A stretch of DNA of 64,000 nt, taken from Desulfatiglandales bacterium. GTDB taxonomy: Bacteria > Desulfobacterota > DSM-4660 > Desulfatiglandales > Desulfatiglandaceae. The position numbers were made by a program, and so were the translations under genes. The notes below the pieces were generated by a model. It did not search any database, was not told the DNA's origin, and worked only from the letters and a program-made list of their open reading frames with translations. The DNA is taken from positions 6,272,001 through 6,336,000 of the forward strand of contig OY759599.1 of NCBI GenBank assembly GCA_963662465.1, read 5' to 3'. The stretch's first letter is position 1. Each line of letters starts with the position of its first letter. Positions 18,625 to 29,331 of the stretch are shown in pieces.

Positions 18625-20979
18625 TCATTCTCGTTTTGGGGTTTTGTTCCCATGTAGAAGACGGGGTCCCATGAAGCGAAAAATGACGGAGGCAAGAACG
18701 ATAAGGAGCATCAGGGCGGTTGCGGCAATGCCGATTTTTATGGAAAAGGGGTCAAATACCAGCCTTACCCTATGGTTTCCCTGGGGAATTTTGACGGTTC
18801 TGAAAAGGTAATTTCCTCTCAATATGGTTTCCGGTCGACCGTCAACAAACGCCTTCCAGCCGGGATAGTAAACTTCGCTCAAAAAGAGGTAGCCGGGATT
18901 TTTAGCGTGAAGGGAGATTTCAATTTCGTCCGCTCTGTAAGAAAGGATCTCCGTTTCGTTTTCGCGACCATTTTTTGCGGGAAGATCCGGGTTGTGCGGT
19001 AGAGGATGGGCATCTTCCTTTTCAAGCAGTACCCGTTTTAAAGGATCAAACCCGGGATCGGCCATACGACTCAGGATTTCATCCTTCGGGACGATTTCGT
19101 GTTCGGAAACGATGAAGGTGCGTGGGAGGTATGAATTTCTAAGTGAGTACCTGCGATCCGAGTGAGACAGTTCATATTTTACATTAAGCAGGTCCATGAA
19201 AACGCTTTTTCCGTGAGGCACATAATAGAATAATACGGCGCCGGGCCCTAACAGATTCTTGTTGTAGGCGCGGATATACTCATAATAACGATGAAGATAA
19301 AGGGGGTTATACCCCGCTACGGTCTGGTATCCTAAATACATTTCCAAATTAGGGCTCATGTTGTGGGGTAGGCTGCCGACGCGGAATATGCTTTGATCCC
19401 GGGCCAGGCTTTGGTTAAGACCGTTTTTGATGGTTTCAACATTACCATATACCTTGTCGCCGTAACGGATTGCGCCTCGGTTGAGATAGCCTAAATCGAA
19501 TAACAAGAGTAAACCCAACAGGGCGGCTGCAACCCTGGTACTCAGAAGACCCTTTAGAAACAGCAGAATAATGAGCAGAATGGCAGCGCTCAGCAGGGTG
19601 AAAATATGAAACCCGGAACCGATGATTTTTATGGCATATGCCAGCTTTTCGGGAATGGCCTCGTCCAGCACAAAGGGTGAGAATAACCTGAGGATCAGCG
19701 ATTGATCCCTATGAAATAGGATATCCATTGAAACCAGGAGGAGCACGGGAATAAAAAAAATGGTTATGCGTTTCAGAACGGATGACTTTGGAAGTCCAAA
19801 AAGGCCGTCCATGCCTTTGCCCGCCAGCAGGCTGAACGCAAACACCCACAGGTAAATAATTTTGGCAGGTGCTCGGATTCTATCGAAACCGGGAAGCAGG
19901 TAAATCAGCCGGTAAAGGGGGGTGTTGGCGCCCAGCGCCAGAAAAAAAGAAATCAGGGCCAGTATCCCTGCAAAAAGTGTAATTTTTCGGTTGTCGAAGG
20001 GCTTAAAGGAAATGAAGCACATTAGAAACAGGGGAAGGATGCCCACGTAAAGGTTGTATAAGGGGATGCTCCATGGGGTATTTGAAACCCAGAAATCGTT
20101 GTTGGCATATTTCCCGAAAAAATCGGGTATGAACGTAGTGATAATCCCTTCGGGCGGGTAAGAACCCAGGGTGACCAGATTGTAAGCGTCAAATGCGGAA
20201 CGGACGGACAGGTTAATGAATCCAAAGGCCGGCACAAGCTGTATGGCGGCAATTCCGGTCCCCACAACAAAAAACAGGAGAAGGATGCTGATTGGCCGTA
20301 ATATCCTTTTAATTTTCAGCCCTTCATAGGACGTCAAGCAAACACAAAAAAGAGATGCTGCCATCAATGTGTAAAGAGCATCCTGTGGGGAACCTGATAG
20401 AATCTGGATGCCCCAGAAAAGCCCCGCCAAGGCCAAATGGAAAAACGGGTTTCCGGGCTTAATTGCCCGGTTCAGGAAATAAATGACCAGCGGCAGCCAG
20501 ACATAAGCCTGTACCCGGAACATCTGGCCGTCATAAAGGGTGGCCATGATAAGGCCATTGCAGGTGAAGATGGCGGCGGCAACGAAACTTCCCGCAGCGC
20601 CGGTGTTCAGGGACCGCATGAGAAGATACATGAAAAGAGCCGCTAAAAGCATATGGAAAAACATGGTGTAGCCGAATGCCGTTGCAGGGGCCATCAACCA
20701 GAAAAGGATATCAAGGGGATAAAAAATGGTGGATTCAAAATGGGCCCAAAACGGCATGCCGCTGAAGATATACGGGTTCCAGAATGGAATTGAATTGTGG
20801 TTATGGAATTCGTTGTAAAGGAACTGCTTCATCCCCTGGTAAAAGGCAACGAAATCGGAGCCGTACAGGAGATGACCGTTGATAATGACGCCCCTGAAGA
20901 TGAACAAGCAAAAAAATGCCAGAACTCCGATCATTAAAAGATCTTTTTTGCCGGGGTAGATGGTTGTCCTATTTTTCAA
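18625..20979 (-). CDS. YfhO-family GT-C membrane protein (divergent paralog)
   Basis: GSDF, PFWNPY..SGMP, IRAPAK and LSEVYYPGWKAFVDG. Confidence 0.85.
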   Translation of the reverse strand: MKNRTTIYPGKKDLLMIGVLAFFCLFIFRGVIINGHLLYGSDFVAFYQGMKQFLYNEFHNHNSIPFWNPYIFSGMPFWAHFESTIFYPLDILFWLMAPATAFGYTMFFHMLLAALFMYLLMRSLNTGAAGSFVAAAIFTCNGLIMATLYDGQMFRVQAYVWLPLVIYFLNRAIKPGNPFFHLALAGLFWGIQILSGSPQDALYTLMAASLFCVCLTSYEGLKIKRILRPISILLLFFVVGTGIAAIQLVPAFGFINLSVRSAFDAYNLVTLGSYPPEGIITTFIPDFFGKYANNDFWVSNTPWSIPLYNLYVGILPLFLMCFISFKPFDNRKITLFAGILALISFFLALGANTPLYRLIYLLPGFDRIRAPAKIIYLWVFAFSLLAGKGMDGLFGLPKSSVLKRITIFFIPVLLLVSMDILFHRDQSLILRLFSPFVLDEAIPEKLAYAIKIIGSGFHIFTLLSAAILLIILLFLKGLLSTRVAAALLGLLLLFDLGYLNRGAIRYGDKVYGNVETIKNGLNQSLARDQSIFRVGSLPHNMSPNLEMYLGYQTVAGYNPLYLHRYYEYIRAYNKNLLGPGAVLFYYVPHGKSVFMDLLNVKYELSHSDRRYSLRNSYLPRTFIVSEHEIVPKDEILSRMADPGFDPLKRVLLEKEDAHPLPHNPDLPAKNGRENETEILSYRADEIEISLHAKNPGYLFLSEVYYPGWKAFVDGRPETILRGNYLFRTVKIPQGNHRVRLVFDPFSIKIGIAATALMLLIVLASVIFRFMGPRLLHGNKTPKRE

Positions 20980-21111
20980 GATTACCTCAGGTTGTCCGGG
21001 TTGTTTTGTTAAGATGAGCTGTTTTCATCTTTGTTTACTTCACTAGCGGTGAATGTTATGATTACATCGAATTTGAAAGAAAAAGTCGCTTGTTGTATGT
21101 TACGATTACAA

Positions 21112-21762
21112 ATGAAAAATTTCAGGTCCATATTTATCCTTCTTGCCCTGGTTGCCATCCTTTTGACGGCGGTCTGGATCAGGGTGTTTTTTGGTTCCAT
21201 GCAGGCCTATGAGAAGGGCGAAATCCATCTTAAAGCAGTTGAATATATAAAAGCAATTACCTTTTTTGATCGTTCTATTCACTGGTATGCGCCGTTCAAT
21301 CCCTATGTTCATAAATCAGCGGAGCGTCTCTGGGAGATAAGCAGGAATGCAGAGAAGAGGGGGGATATTCGTCTGGCACTCATCGCAGCCAGAACGCTCA
21401 GGCGGGGTTTTGTGGCGGCAAGGAGCTTTTACATCCCTGACCGGAACTGGATTGAGCGGTGTGATCTCAGAATTCATGAATTGGTGTTTGTGGAACAGGC
21501 GCAAAGGGGATTGAAAATTGCGGAAAAGCCTCTAGAACCGGTCTCTGTTCTTAATCATCCCCAGGTCAAAGCGCCGGATCCCATGTGGAGCACTATTTTG
21601 CTTGTGGGTCTTTTGGGATGGATCGGGACTGTCATTGCCTTTATCATGAGGGGATTTAGGATACCCCGGGATTCAATGGGTTTTAAGCCTTTGTGTTTTC
21701 AATGGATCTCTCTTTGGGCTGCCTTTTTTTCAATGTGGATTTTTGGGATGGTGAATGCTTGA
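21112..21762 (+). CDS. Conserved hypothetical membrane protein (N-terminal TM, TPR-like helices, two C-terminal TMs)
   Basis: Clear paralog of 54901..55578 (DRSIHWY.PFNPYVHKSA, AARSFY); start chosen at MKNFRS. Confidence 0.75.
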   Translation: MKNFRSIFILLALVAILLTAVWIRVFFGSMQAYEKGEIHLKAVEYIKAITFFDRSIHWYAPFNPYVHKSAERLWEISRNAEKRGDIRLALIAARTLRRGFVAARSFYIPDRNWIERCDLRIHELVFVEQAQRGLKIAEKPLEPVSVLNHPQVKAPDPMWSTILLVGLLGWIGTVIAFIMRGFRIPRDSMGFKPLCFQWISLWAAFFSMWIFGMVNA

Positions 21763-21777
21763 TGAAAGGATAAGGGG

Positions 21778-23187
21778 GTGAATATACCGAATCGGCAATT
21801 TTCCAATGGCGAACGGGGACCCAGAAAAAACCTTGGCTACCACGATGAAGTGGATCGTCTCTATGGTTTTCTGGTTCCGGAGAATGTCCGCGTGTTGGAA
21901 TTGGGTTGCAGCAAGGGTCGATTATTGTCCCGGCTTCATCCGAAAAAAGGCGTCGGTATTGATATTGATCACCATAAGATTCATTCAGCGCGTTCGCTTT
22001 TCAAGCACAAACCGGAGCTCCGGTTTCTCCACGGGAATGTGGAAGATTTTGATTGGTCGGATGAAGATCCTTTCGACTATATCATTGCTTCCGACCTGAC
22101 GGCTTATCTGCAGGATATCCAAAAAACGCTGGGTCGCCTTCACCAGGTATGCACTTCCCATACGAGAATCATTGTTTCTTTTCACTCCAACCTCTGGCGG
22201 CCGATTTTTTATTTTGCAGTCTTAATGGGCCGAAAAAAGCGTATCCAAAAATCTAACTGGTTGTCTGTGAGTGATATCAAGAACCTGCTTTCTCTCTCGG
22301 GCTTTGCCGCCGTATCCAGTGGAGGGCGGACGCTCTTGCCCTGCAAAATACCGGTTTTGACCCCGGTCATGAACAGGTTTGCAGCCAAATTGCCCTTCAT
22401 CGAACACCTGTGCCTCAATTGGTATGTTGTGGCCCGCCCTACACCCAGACCTGTTAACCGGGAACCATCGGTTTCAGTTTTAGTGCCTACGCGAAACGAA
22501 AAGGGAAATATTGACGCTATTTTCTCAAAAACGCCAACAATGGGTCGATGGACTGAACTCGTTTTTGTGGATGGCAATTCCGGCGATGGTACGGTCGAGG
22601 CCATTGAACAGGGCATTTTGCGATACAAGGATGGTTTTAAGCGAATTCTCCTGTTGAAACAAGCCGGCAAGGGTAAGGGGCAAGCGGTTCGTCAGGGTTT
22701 TGACCAATGCCGGGGCGAAATTTTGATGATCCTCGATTCGGATTTAACCATGCCTGCTGAAGAACTGCCCAAATATTATGAGGCGCTCGTTCAGGGTCAT
22801 GGTGAGTTTATCAACGGGTGCCGTCTGGTTTACCCTATGGGAGAAGAGGCCATGCGTTTTTTGAATATGGTGGCCAACTATGCTTTTGGACACCTTTTTT
22901 CATGGTTTCTGAATCAGACGGTGAAAGATACGCTTTGCGGCACAAAAGTTCTGTGGCGTCGGGACTATGTTCAAATTGATGCCAATCGGTCCTATTTTGG
23001 TGACTTTGATCCTTTTGGCGATTTTGATTTGCTTTTTGGCGCTTCCCGTCTCAACTTGAAGATTATCGACATGCCGATCCGATACCGTAAGCGGACCTAT
23101 GGCGACATCAAAATAGATCGTTTTAGAGATGGTTTGCTATTGCTTAAGATGTGCTGGATCGCATTTTGTAAGCTGAAACTGGCTTGA
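21778..23187 (+). CDS. Bifunctional SAM methyltransferase-like / GT2 glycosyltransferase
   Basis: N-terminal VLELGCSKG; C-terminal VPTRNEKGN, VDGNS, LDSDL, DTLCGTK, DPFGDFDLLFG. Confidence 0.88.
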   Translation: MNIPNRQFSNGERGPRKNLGYHDEVDRLYGFLVPENVRVLELGCSKGRLLSRLHPKKGVGIDIDHHKIHSARSLFKHKPELRFLHGNVEDFDWSDEDPFDYIIASDLTAYLQDIQKTLGRLHQVCTSHTRIIVSFHSNLWRPIFYFAVLMGRKKRIQKSNWLSVSDIKNLLSLSGFAAVSSGGRTLLPCKIPVLTPVMNRFAAKLPFIEHLCLNWYVVARPTPRPVNREPSVSVLVPTRNEKGNIDAIFSKTPTMGRWTELVFVDGNSGDGTVEAIEQGILRYKDGFKRILLLKQAGKGKGQAVRQGFDQCRGEILMILDSDLTMPAEELPKYYEALVQGHGEFINGCRLVYPMGEEAMRFLNMVANYAFGHLFSWFLNQTVKDTLCGTKVLWRRDYVQIDANRSYFGDFDPFGDFDLLFGASRLNLKIIDMPIRYRKRTYGDIKIDRFRDGLLLLKMCWIAFCKLKLA

Positions 23188-23202
23188 CCCATGTGAAGAA
23201 AA

Positions 23203-24780
23203 ATGGAGAGGTTCATGCGTTATCCGGGCTTTGATCTTTTCAACCATGCGCATCTTTGGGTCGTTTCCGCTTTTTTCCTATGCTTTTTGGTTCTGGGCCT
23301 GAATGTTTTTAAAGATTATGGTATGTCTTGGGACGAGGCCCATCAGCGTACCGTCGCCATGCTTGTTTCAAATTATGTTTTGGAGAATGATAACACACTC
23401 CTTAACACGCCCCATCCAAAATACCATGGTCCGGTGGTCCCCGTGGTTCTATTTTCATTGGAAAAACTGTTGGGTCTCGAAGCATCCAGAACAAAAGTAT
23501 TATTATGGCATTTTGGAAATTTCCTGTTTTTTTTCCTCGGCGTGCTTTTCTTTTATTTTCTATGTGTTCATAGATTTAAGAGTTGGAAGATCGCTCTGCT
23601 GGGTGCCCTTTTTTTAATTCTCAGCCCAAGAATTTTCGCCCATGCATTTTTCAACCATAAGGATCTCCCATTTCTATCCGTTTTTATCATTTGCATTTAT
23701 TCGCTTATCCGGCTTCTTGAGAAAAAGACAACCCCAAGGATATGTGTTCATGCTTTGCTCTGTGCAATCCTCATCGACATTCGCATCCCGGGTGTGATTC
23801 TTCCCTCTTTAACAGTTTTCCTCCTGGGGATGGACTGTTTTCTTGCGCCGGACAGGAAGCAAGCCTTTTTTATCTTTATGAGAGACTTTTCGGTGTTTTG
23901 CTCTGCAACCATTATTTTTGTAGTTTTGTTATGGCCCAGTTTATGGGAAAATCCCCTTGGGGAATTTATCAATGCATATAATTTCATGAAGAAGATTCAA
24001 TGGGGTGGGACGGTTCTCTATTTGGGGCGGTTCATTGAGAGCAATAATCTACCGTGGCATTACATTCCAGTATGGATTTCCATAACAACCCCGTTATTGT
24101 ATATGATTTTTTTCCTGTTAGGGCTTTTCTTCATGGGCGCTCATTTTTTTAAGTTTCCCCTGGAATTTTACCGAAAAAGAAAAATAGATCTCATTTGTTT
24201 CATATGGTTTTTTCTCCCCATTGCCATGATCCTCATCCACAAGTCCACTATTTTTGATGGCTGGCGCCATCTCTATTTTATTTATCCGGCCATGATTTTA
24301 ATTTCACTCAATGGCCTGGTGTGTTTGTGGAAGTTTTTGAACAACATTAAAAACCGTAAGGCCTTTGTGATTTTATCCTCTTTGGTCATCATGCTCGTTG
24401 TTTTTTCCGTTACAAAGACGGCCTATCTGATGACCAGAGATCATCCTTATCAAAATGTGCATTTCAACTTTCTTGCAGGCAGCGATAAGCGGCATCGCTT
24501 TGAGCTTGATTATTGGGGGCTGTCTTACAGGGAGGCGTTGGAATACATTTTGGATAACGATAGTAGAGACATGATTAAAGTTCAAGTTGCCAATCCGCCA
24601 GGTGAACTCAACAAAGAACTGCTCACGGAAAGGGCGAAACAAAGGTTGTCTTTTGTAGAAAGCCAGGGGGATTACTTCGTAACCAACTATCGATGGCATC
24701 CCAATGATTATTTGGGGAAAGAGTTGTTTTCAATACATGTGGGCAGTGAAAAGATTAACGCCGTATATGAATTACGCTAG
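23203..24780 (+). CDS. PMT_2/GT39-like membrane glycosyltransferase
   Basis: DYGMSWDE acidic loop, FNHKDLP, PWHY, GWRH and DYWG motifs; multi-TM. Confidence 0.8.
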   Translation: MERFMRYPGFDLFNHAHLWVVSAFFLCFLVLGLNVFKDYGMSWDEAHQRTVAMLVSNYVLENDNTLLNTPHPKYHGPVVPVVLFSLEKLLGLEASRTKVLLWHFGNFLFFFLGVLFFYFLCVHRFKSWKIALLGALFLILSPRIFAHAFFNHKDLPFLSVFIICIYSLIRLLEKKTTPRICVHALLCAILIDIRIPGVILPSLTVFLLGMDCFLAPDRKQAFFIFMRDFSVFCSATIIFVVLLWPSLWENPLGEFINAYNFMKKIQWGGTVLYLGRFIESNNLPWHYIPVWISITTPLLYMIFFLLGLFFMGAHFFKFPLEFYRKRKIDLICFIWFFLPIAMILIHKSTIFDGWRHLYFIYPAMILISLNGLVCLWKFLNNIKNRKAFVILSSLVIMLVVFSVTKTAYLMTRDHPYQNVHFNFLAGSDKRHRFELDYWGLSYREALEYILDNDSRDMIKVQVANPPGELNKELLTERAKQRLSFVESQGDYFVTNYRWHPNDYLGKELFSIHVGSEKINAVYELR

Positions 24781-24914
24781 GATTTTTTTTATGCGAGTTC
24801 AAAAGAAGTATCCCCTGCAATGATTGACTGGTTTGCATTTAAATACTACAATTTCGAAATCTTAAGGATGTAGAGGGTGGCGTTTTATGCCTCGAATTAT
24901 TGATTGGAGTTCAT

Positions 24915-25799
24915 ATGGAAGAAATGAAGGATTCGGATATTTCCGTCATCATCCCGGCCCACAATGAAGCCCATAATATCGGCAAGATAGTGTCTCGGAT
25001 CCAGGCGCTTCATCCCGATTTTGAAATCATTGTCATTGATGATGGTTCAACGGACGGCACAGGAGAATTGGCCGGAGAAGCGGGGGCGATCGTTTACAAG
25101 CATCCCTATAATATCGGAAACGGCGCCGCTATCAAGAGCGGCATCAGGATTGCCTCCGGCCAAGTGCTGGTATTTATGGATGCGGATGGACAGCATGATC
25201 CGGCGGACCTGGATCAACTGCTTCAGCATTTTCCGGAATTCGATATGGTGGTGGGCGCCAGGCCCGGGGGAACGCAGGATTCAAAGATCAGGGCCTTGGG
25301 AAACCGGATATACAATCATCTGGCATCATACGTGACGAATTTTCCCATCCGGGATTTGACATCGGGTTTCAGGGCTATTAAGTCGGATCTGGCGCGAAAT
25401 CTGCTTTATCTTTTGCCCAATACCTACTCTTATCCCACAACGATGACGTTGGGAATCCTCAGATCCGGAAAGAGTGTAAAATATGTGAGCATCAATGTTC
25501 AGTCGAGAAAAACGGGTAAAAGCGAGATTCGGATTATTAAGGATGGCGTCAGGTTTTTTATGATCATTGTCAGGATATGTACCTTTTATTCACCTCTTAA
25601 GGTTTTTCTTCCCACGAGTATGGGTCTTTTTCTGCTGGGTCTTGCCTATTATACCTATACCTTTCTTACTTCCGGTCGATTTACCAACATGAGTGCGCTT
25701 TTGTTTACCACCTCCATTCTCATCTTCATGCTGGGCTTGATTTCCGAGCAGATCAGCCAGATGCGCTTTGAAAAGAGTGAAGGGGATCGGTTTGTTTGA
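24915..25799 (+). CDS. DPM1-like polyprenol-phosphate GT2 (copy 1)
   Basis: IIPAHNE, IDDGSTD, DADGQH, DLTSGFRA, two C-terminal TMs. Confidence 0.9.
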   Translation: MEEMKDSDISVIIPAHNEAHNIGKIVSRIQALHPDFEIIVIDDGSTDGTGELAGEAGAIVYKHPYNIGNGAAIKSGIRIASGQVLVFMDADGQHDPADLDQLLQHFPEFDMVVGARPGGTQDSKIRALGNRIYNHLASYVTNFPIRDLTSGFRAIKSDLARNLLYLLPNTYSYPTTMTLGILRSGKSVKYVSINVQSRKTGKSEIRIIKDGVRFFMIIVRICTFYSPLKVFLPTSMGLFLLGLAYYTYTFLTSGRFTNMSALLFTTSILIFMLGLISEQISQMRFEKSEGDRFV

Positions 25800-26071
25800 A
25801 TCCAAACTTGCTGGAAGATTTCTACCAGCCCGGCAGGGATTGAATCGAAAAATGCGACCGGAGGATTTTTACGCTTCAAAAAGTTGCCCGGAAGAAAAGG
25901 GTGCATTCAATTGATGAAACCCCGGGTAAAAGCGCGATACTGGAAGACCCTCAGGTCAGGGGGCCGGGTATCTTGGGGATGGTAAAGGCTTAGCGTGTTT
26001 CAAACACGATTCTGCTGTCCACGGAATTCTCGTATTAATGTCAAAAGATTTGGGCTTTTTTCCGGATCGAT

Positions 26072-27331
26072 TCAGGAGAGCAACCAGTGAACGGGAATGT
26101 TCCAGATCCGTTCCTCAAGCTTTTTGATGGAATTTGACATATTCAGCAAAAGGCCGACATTGTTTTCATTGAGGGAAACAAATTTCCGCAGGTGTCGAAT
26201 ATCGGCGCCATGTGGGGTGTCCCGCTGCTTGATTTCACTATAAAACGTTAACCCGTTCTCAATATTCTTGAAAACAGCATCTGCTTCTACGCCGGTTGAT
26301 GTTCTGGCAAAATAGATATCCTCACGAAGTGTTTCCTGGTAGACTCCTTTTCGCAATTCTGAAATAACCGCGTTTTCAAAGCAGTTCCCATCTTCCATCC
26401 TGAAATTGTTCATCAACGATCTGAAAATCCCGGTATCAATGAAATACCATTTTGGCATTTTTTTCATGCGCTTGCCGATGTTCTCGAAAAATGGCAAACT
26501 GGACCAGGCAACAAAAAGCTGACGATAATAGTTCATGAATCTGCGGATTGTATCGGCTGAAAGCGCGCAATCTCTTGCGAGTTCACTGATGTTCATCAAT
26601 GATCCGACACGTGTGGCAAAGAGCAGCTCAAACCGTTCAAATGATTCCTGGTTTCTCAAATCAACGATTTCTCTTAAATCCGTGTCAAGGTAGGTCTGAC
26701 GGTAATTATTGAGCCATTGCCTGCGATCTTCCGGATTTGTCCGTGTCAGGAATTCGGGATAGCCACCATACAATGTAAATTCGCGAAATTTTTCTGACAG
26801 CATGTTTGATTGTTTTGCTGGAAGATAAAATTCCGACAGTTCTGTTTCGACGTCCTTTACCGATGGCGCATATAATAGTTTTTTCAGCAAAGACTGTTCA
26901 GAGTGACAGATAAATTCTCTAAATGACATGGGAAACAGGGTATAAACAGAAACCCTTCCCGCCAATGATTCTTTGATTCTCCGGTTCAGCAGCAGGTGAT
27001 TTGAACCTGTGATGAGAAACCGGCCCTTTCTTTCAGGTTGGATGTCGACTTGAAGTTGAATTAGCTCAATAAGGGTCGGCATCTGTTGTACTTCGTCTAA
27101 AACAATGAGGTGTTTCCCAAAGTACTCAAATTCCTTTCGAGCGTTTGTCGCCAATGCTCGTCGGGTGTCTGGATCCTTGAGATTATAGTACTGGATGTCA
27201 AGATCACTTTTGATGAGATGCTGTGACAGGGTGGTTTTTCCTGCCTGACGGGGACCCATAATCGCAGTGACACGGTCAATTTTCAACGAATGCTGGATAT
27301 GCCGCGTCAAATCCCTCGAAAGTAAATTCAC
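26072..27331 (-). CDS. AAA_14 + DUF4143 ATPase (family A, copy 1)
   Basis: GPRQAGKT Walker A, LDEVQ, TGS, GGYPE, KWYFIDTG, EAD...EIK. Confidence 0.9.
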   Translation of the reverse strand: MNLLSRDLTRHIQHSLKIDRVTAIMGPRQAGKTTLSQHLIKSDLDIQYYNLKDPDTRRALATNARKEFEYFGKHLIVLDEVQQMPTLIELIQLQVDIQPERKGRFLITGSNHLLLNRRIKESLAGRVSVYTLFPMSFREFICHSEQSLLKKLLYAPSVKDVETELSEFYLPAKQSNMLSEKFREFTLYGGYPEFLTRTNPEDRRQWLNNYRQTYLDTDLREIVDLRNQESFERFELLFATRVGSLMNISELARDCALSADTIRRFMNYYRQLFVAWSSLPFFENIGKRMKKMPKWYFIDTGIFRSLMNNFRMEDGNCFENAVISELRKGVYQETLREDIYFARTSTGVEADAVFKNIENGLTFYSEIKQRDTPHGADIRHLRKFVSLNENNVGLLLNMSNSIKKLEERIWNIPVHWLLS

Positions 27332-27499
27332 TTACCGACCCTCTTTGATATCATTTCGATCCGAATGACTGAATTCTAACGATGGCATCGTCAAATTGCA
27401 AGGATAATCCGCGATTTTATCGATATTTATCATTAAGTTTCGCCAGGCGCATATAGCGTCGGTGTAAATTCGTACCGGACCGATGGGCTCTCAGGTAAG

Positions 27500-27790
27500 C
27501 AGCGAACATTAGTACTCCTATGACTCCGATGAAGGCTGCCCCTCGCTTGAAAAGCCTGCTTCCGATGGCGAACACTAAAAGGGTGTTTATGGCTCCGATA
27601 AATATCTGAAAGCATTTAATAAAGGGCCAGATTACGCCGAACAACTTGTTCAAAATAGCCAAAAAGTAGAGATAGAAGGGACTCAGGTCGACCAGCCTTT
27701 CTCCAATGTCCACGCCGTTGGCCAGTTTTTCCGCAAAAAAGGGATATTTAATGAATAGGATCGGCACGTCAATCCAGATTAGGAAGAATA
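27500..27790 (-). pseudogene. Relic of a GT39-like membrane glycosyltransferase
   Basis: SPFYLYFLAIL...QIFIGAINTLLVFAIG resembles the N-terminal part of 13755..15575; truncated. Confidence 0.55.
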
Positions 27791-28342
27791 TACGGATGCA
27801 AATAGCAGCCCATGGCGTACAGGGTGTAATCCTGCTGTATTGTTTTCACAGGTAGTCGAATTCCACTGGGGCCTGATTACAAGCCCGGAAATGAGAGGTG
27901 AAATCGATCATCGCAATACAAATTCATTGATTTATATCGAAAAAATTCTTAGTCTCCGTTAAATATTGCCAAATTGTTTTGTTGCATGTTTTGCAGTGGT
28001 TGTCCAAAATCTTAAGTGATTATTATAAATGGATTTATTTGAAAAGATAAAAGAAAAATTTAGAAAGGGTGAATCTGCCGTTAGTGATCATGCCGTCATT
28101 GAAGGCAGAAAAGATGGTATTGCGCCAAAAACAGTTGCCAGGAATCGGAGAAGCTGCTGCTGATGTGAATGAAATGCGCTTTCTGACTCAGCGCTGACCC
28201 GCATACCATCAATAAACCTTTTCGCCATCAAGCCCACAGTATCTACAGGCCTGGAATAAGCAGGAGTTGCCTGCTCTTGAACAGAAAGTTGTTTATTATG
28301 CGTGGTTTGGCATAGGATAAGAAGATACATGGGGGGTGTTCT

Positions 28343-28666
28343 ATGGTGCGTGGCAAAGTATTCCAGTGTGAGATCACCGTCTCTTCAGGTGTGAAGGATA
28401 AGCTACTGATAAAACAAAATATTGAAATTTGGGAACTGGAAGAAGTCATATACGACGACAAACACGCTTTCTCAATTTCACACAGCGACTGCTATTTCGT
28501 GTATGGACAAACTTTTGCAGGCAGATACTTGCTGGTACTCGTCAGAGTTCTCTCCCAAGAAGAAGTCCACAAACTTGGGCTGGAGGTTGGGCGTAGTTTC
28601 GTGAAAATCATAACCGCCAGGGATAGAAACCAAAGGAAAATTTATCTCAAGAGAAAAGGAGGTTAG
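28343..28666 (+). CDS. BrnT-like toxin
   Basis: K.NI...ELEEV, GQTFAGRYLLV and IITARD motifs. Confidence 0.75.
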   Translation: MVRGKVFQCEITVSSGVKDKLLIKQNIEIWELEEVIYDDKHAFSISHSDCYFVYGQTFAGRYLLVLVRVLSQEEVHKLGLEVGRSFVKIITARDRNQRKIYLKRKGG

Positions 28667-28668
28667 CT

Positions 28669-28941
28669 ATGGGGAAACCATCAGAAAATGTAGCTGATTT
28701 GCCCGAAATGGACGATGCACAATTGGCGCAATTTTGGGATCGACACGAGCCTGAGGATTTTAATGGCTGGGAAGAGGGAGGCTTGAACTTCCAGCGTCCA
28801 CCCAAGAAACTCATTCAGTTGAGGCTCGAACCGAGAGATGTCAGACTTATTGATAAGGAGTCAAAACGTACCGGAATTGAACGTTCACAGCTTGTGCGAG
28901 CATGGGTGAAAGAGAAAATTGAACAGCTACTTGACGCTTAA
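28669..28941 (+). CDS. BrnA/CopG-like antitoxin
   Basis: AQFWDRH...IQLRLE...SQLVRAWVKEKI. Confidence 0.75.
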   Translation: MGKPSENVADLPEMDDAQLAQFWDRHEPEDFNGWEEGGLNFQRPPKKLIQLRLEPRDVRLIDKESKRTGIERSQLVRAWVKEKIEQLLDA

Positions 28942-29331
28942 GTAAGCTATCTCAAATTGTTCAGTCTGCATGCTTAGGGTTTTCACCGCTCGGAGCTCGC
29001 AGAGCTTGAAAATATTTTTGTTTTTGCTGCCCACACATTTCTTCGATCTGTGACAAAGAACGTATAATTTGCCAGTGGCAGAGTATTGATTTCTCGCACC
29101 ACTCTTTCTATTCAGTCTAGGCGATCGGCGCTACCCTTTTAAAATTCAAGTGCGCCGAACTTTTTTCGTGCATTTTCCAGAGGCCGGCGGGTTCTCAGAT
29201 TCTGTAAAAAACGGCTCCCAAAAGTCCACAATTGGAATGATTGACTGATTCGCATTTGGATATTACAATATGGCAACATAAGAAAGCAGGGATGGGGTTC
29301 CACTCCTCAATCTATTTGATCGGCGATCGTA

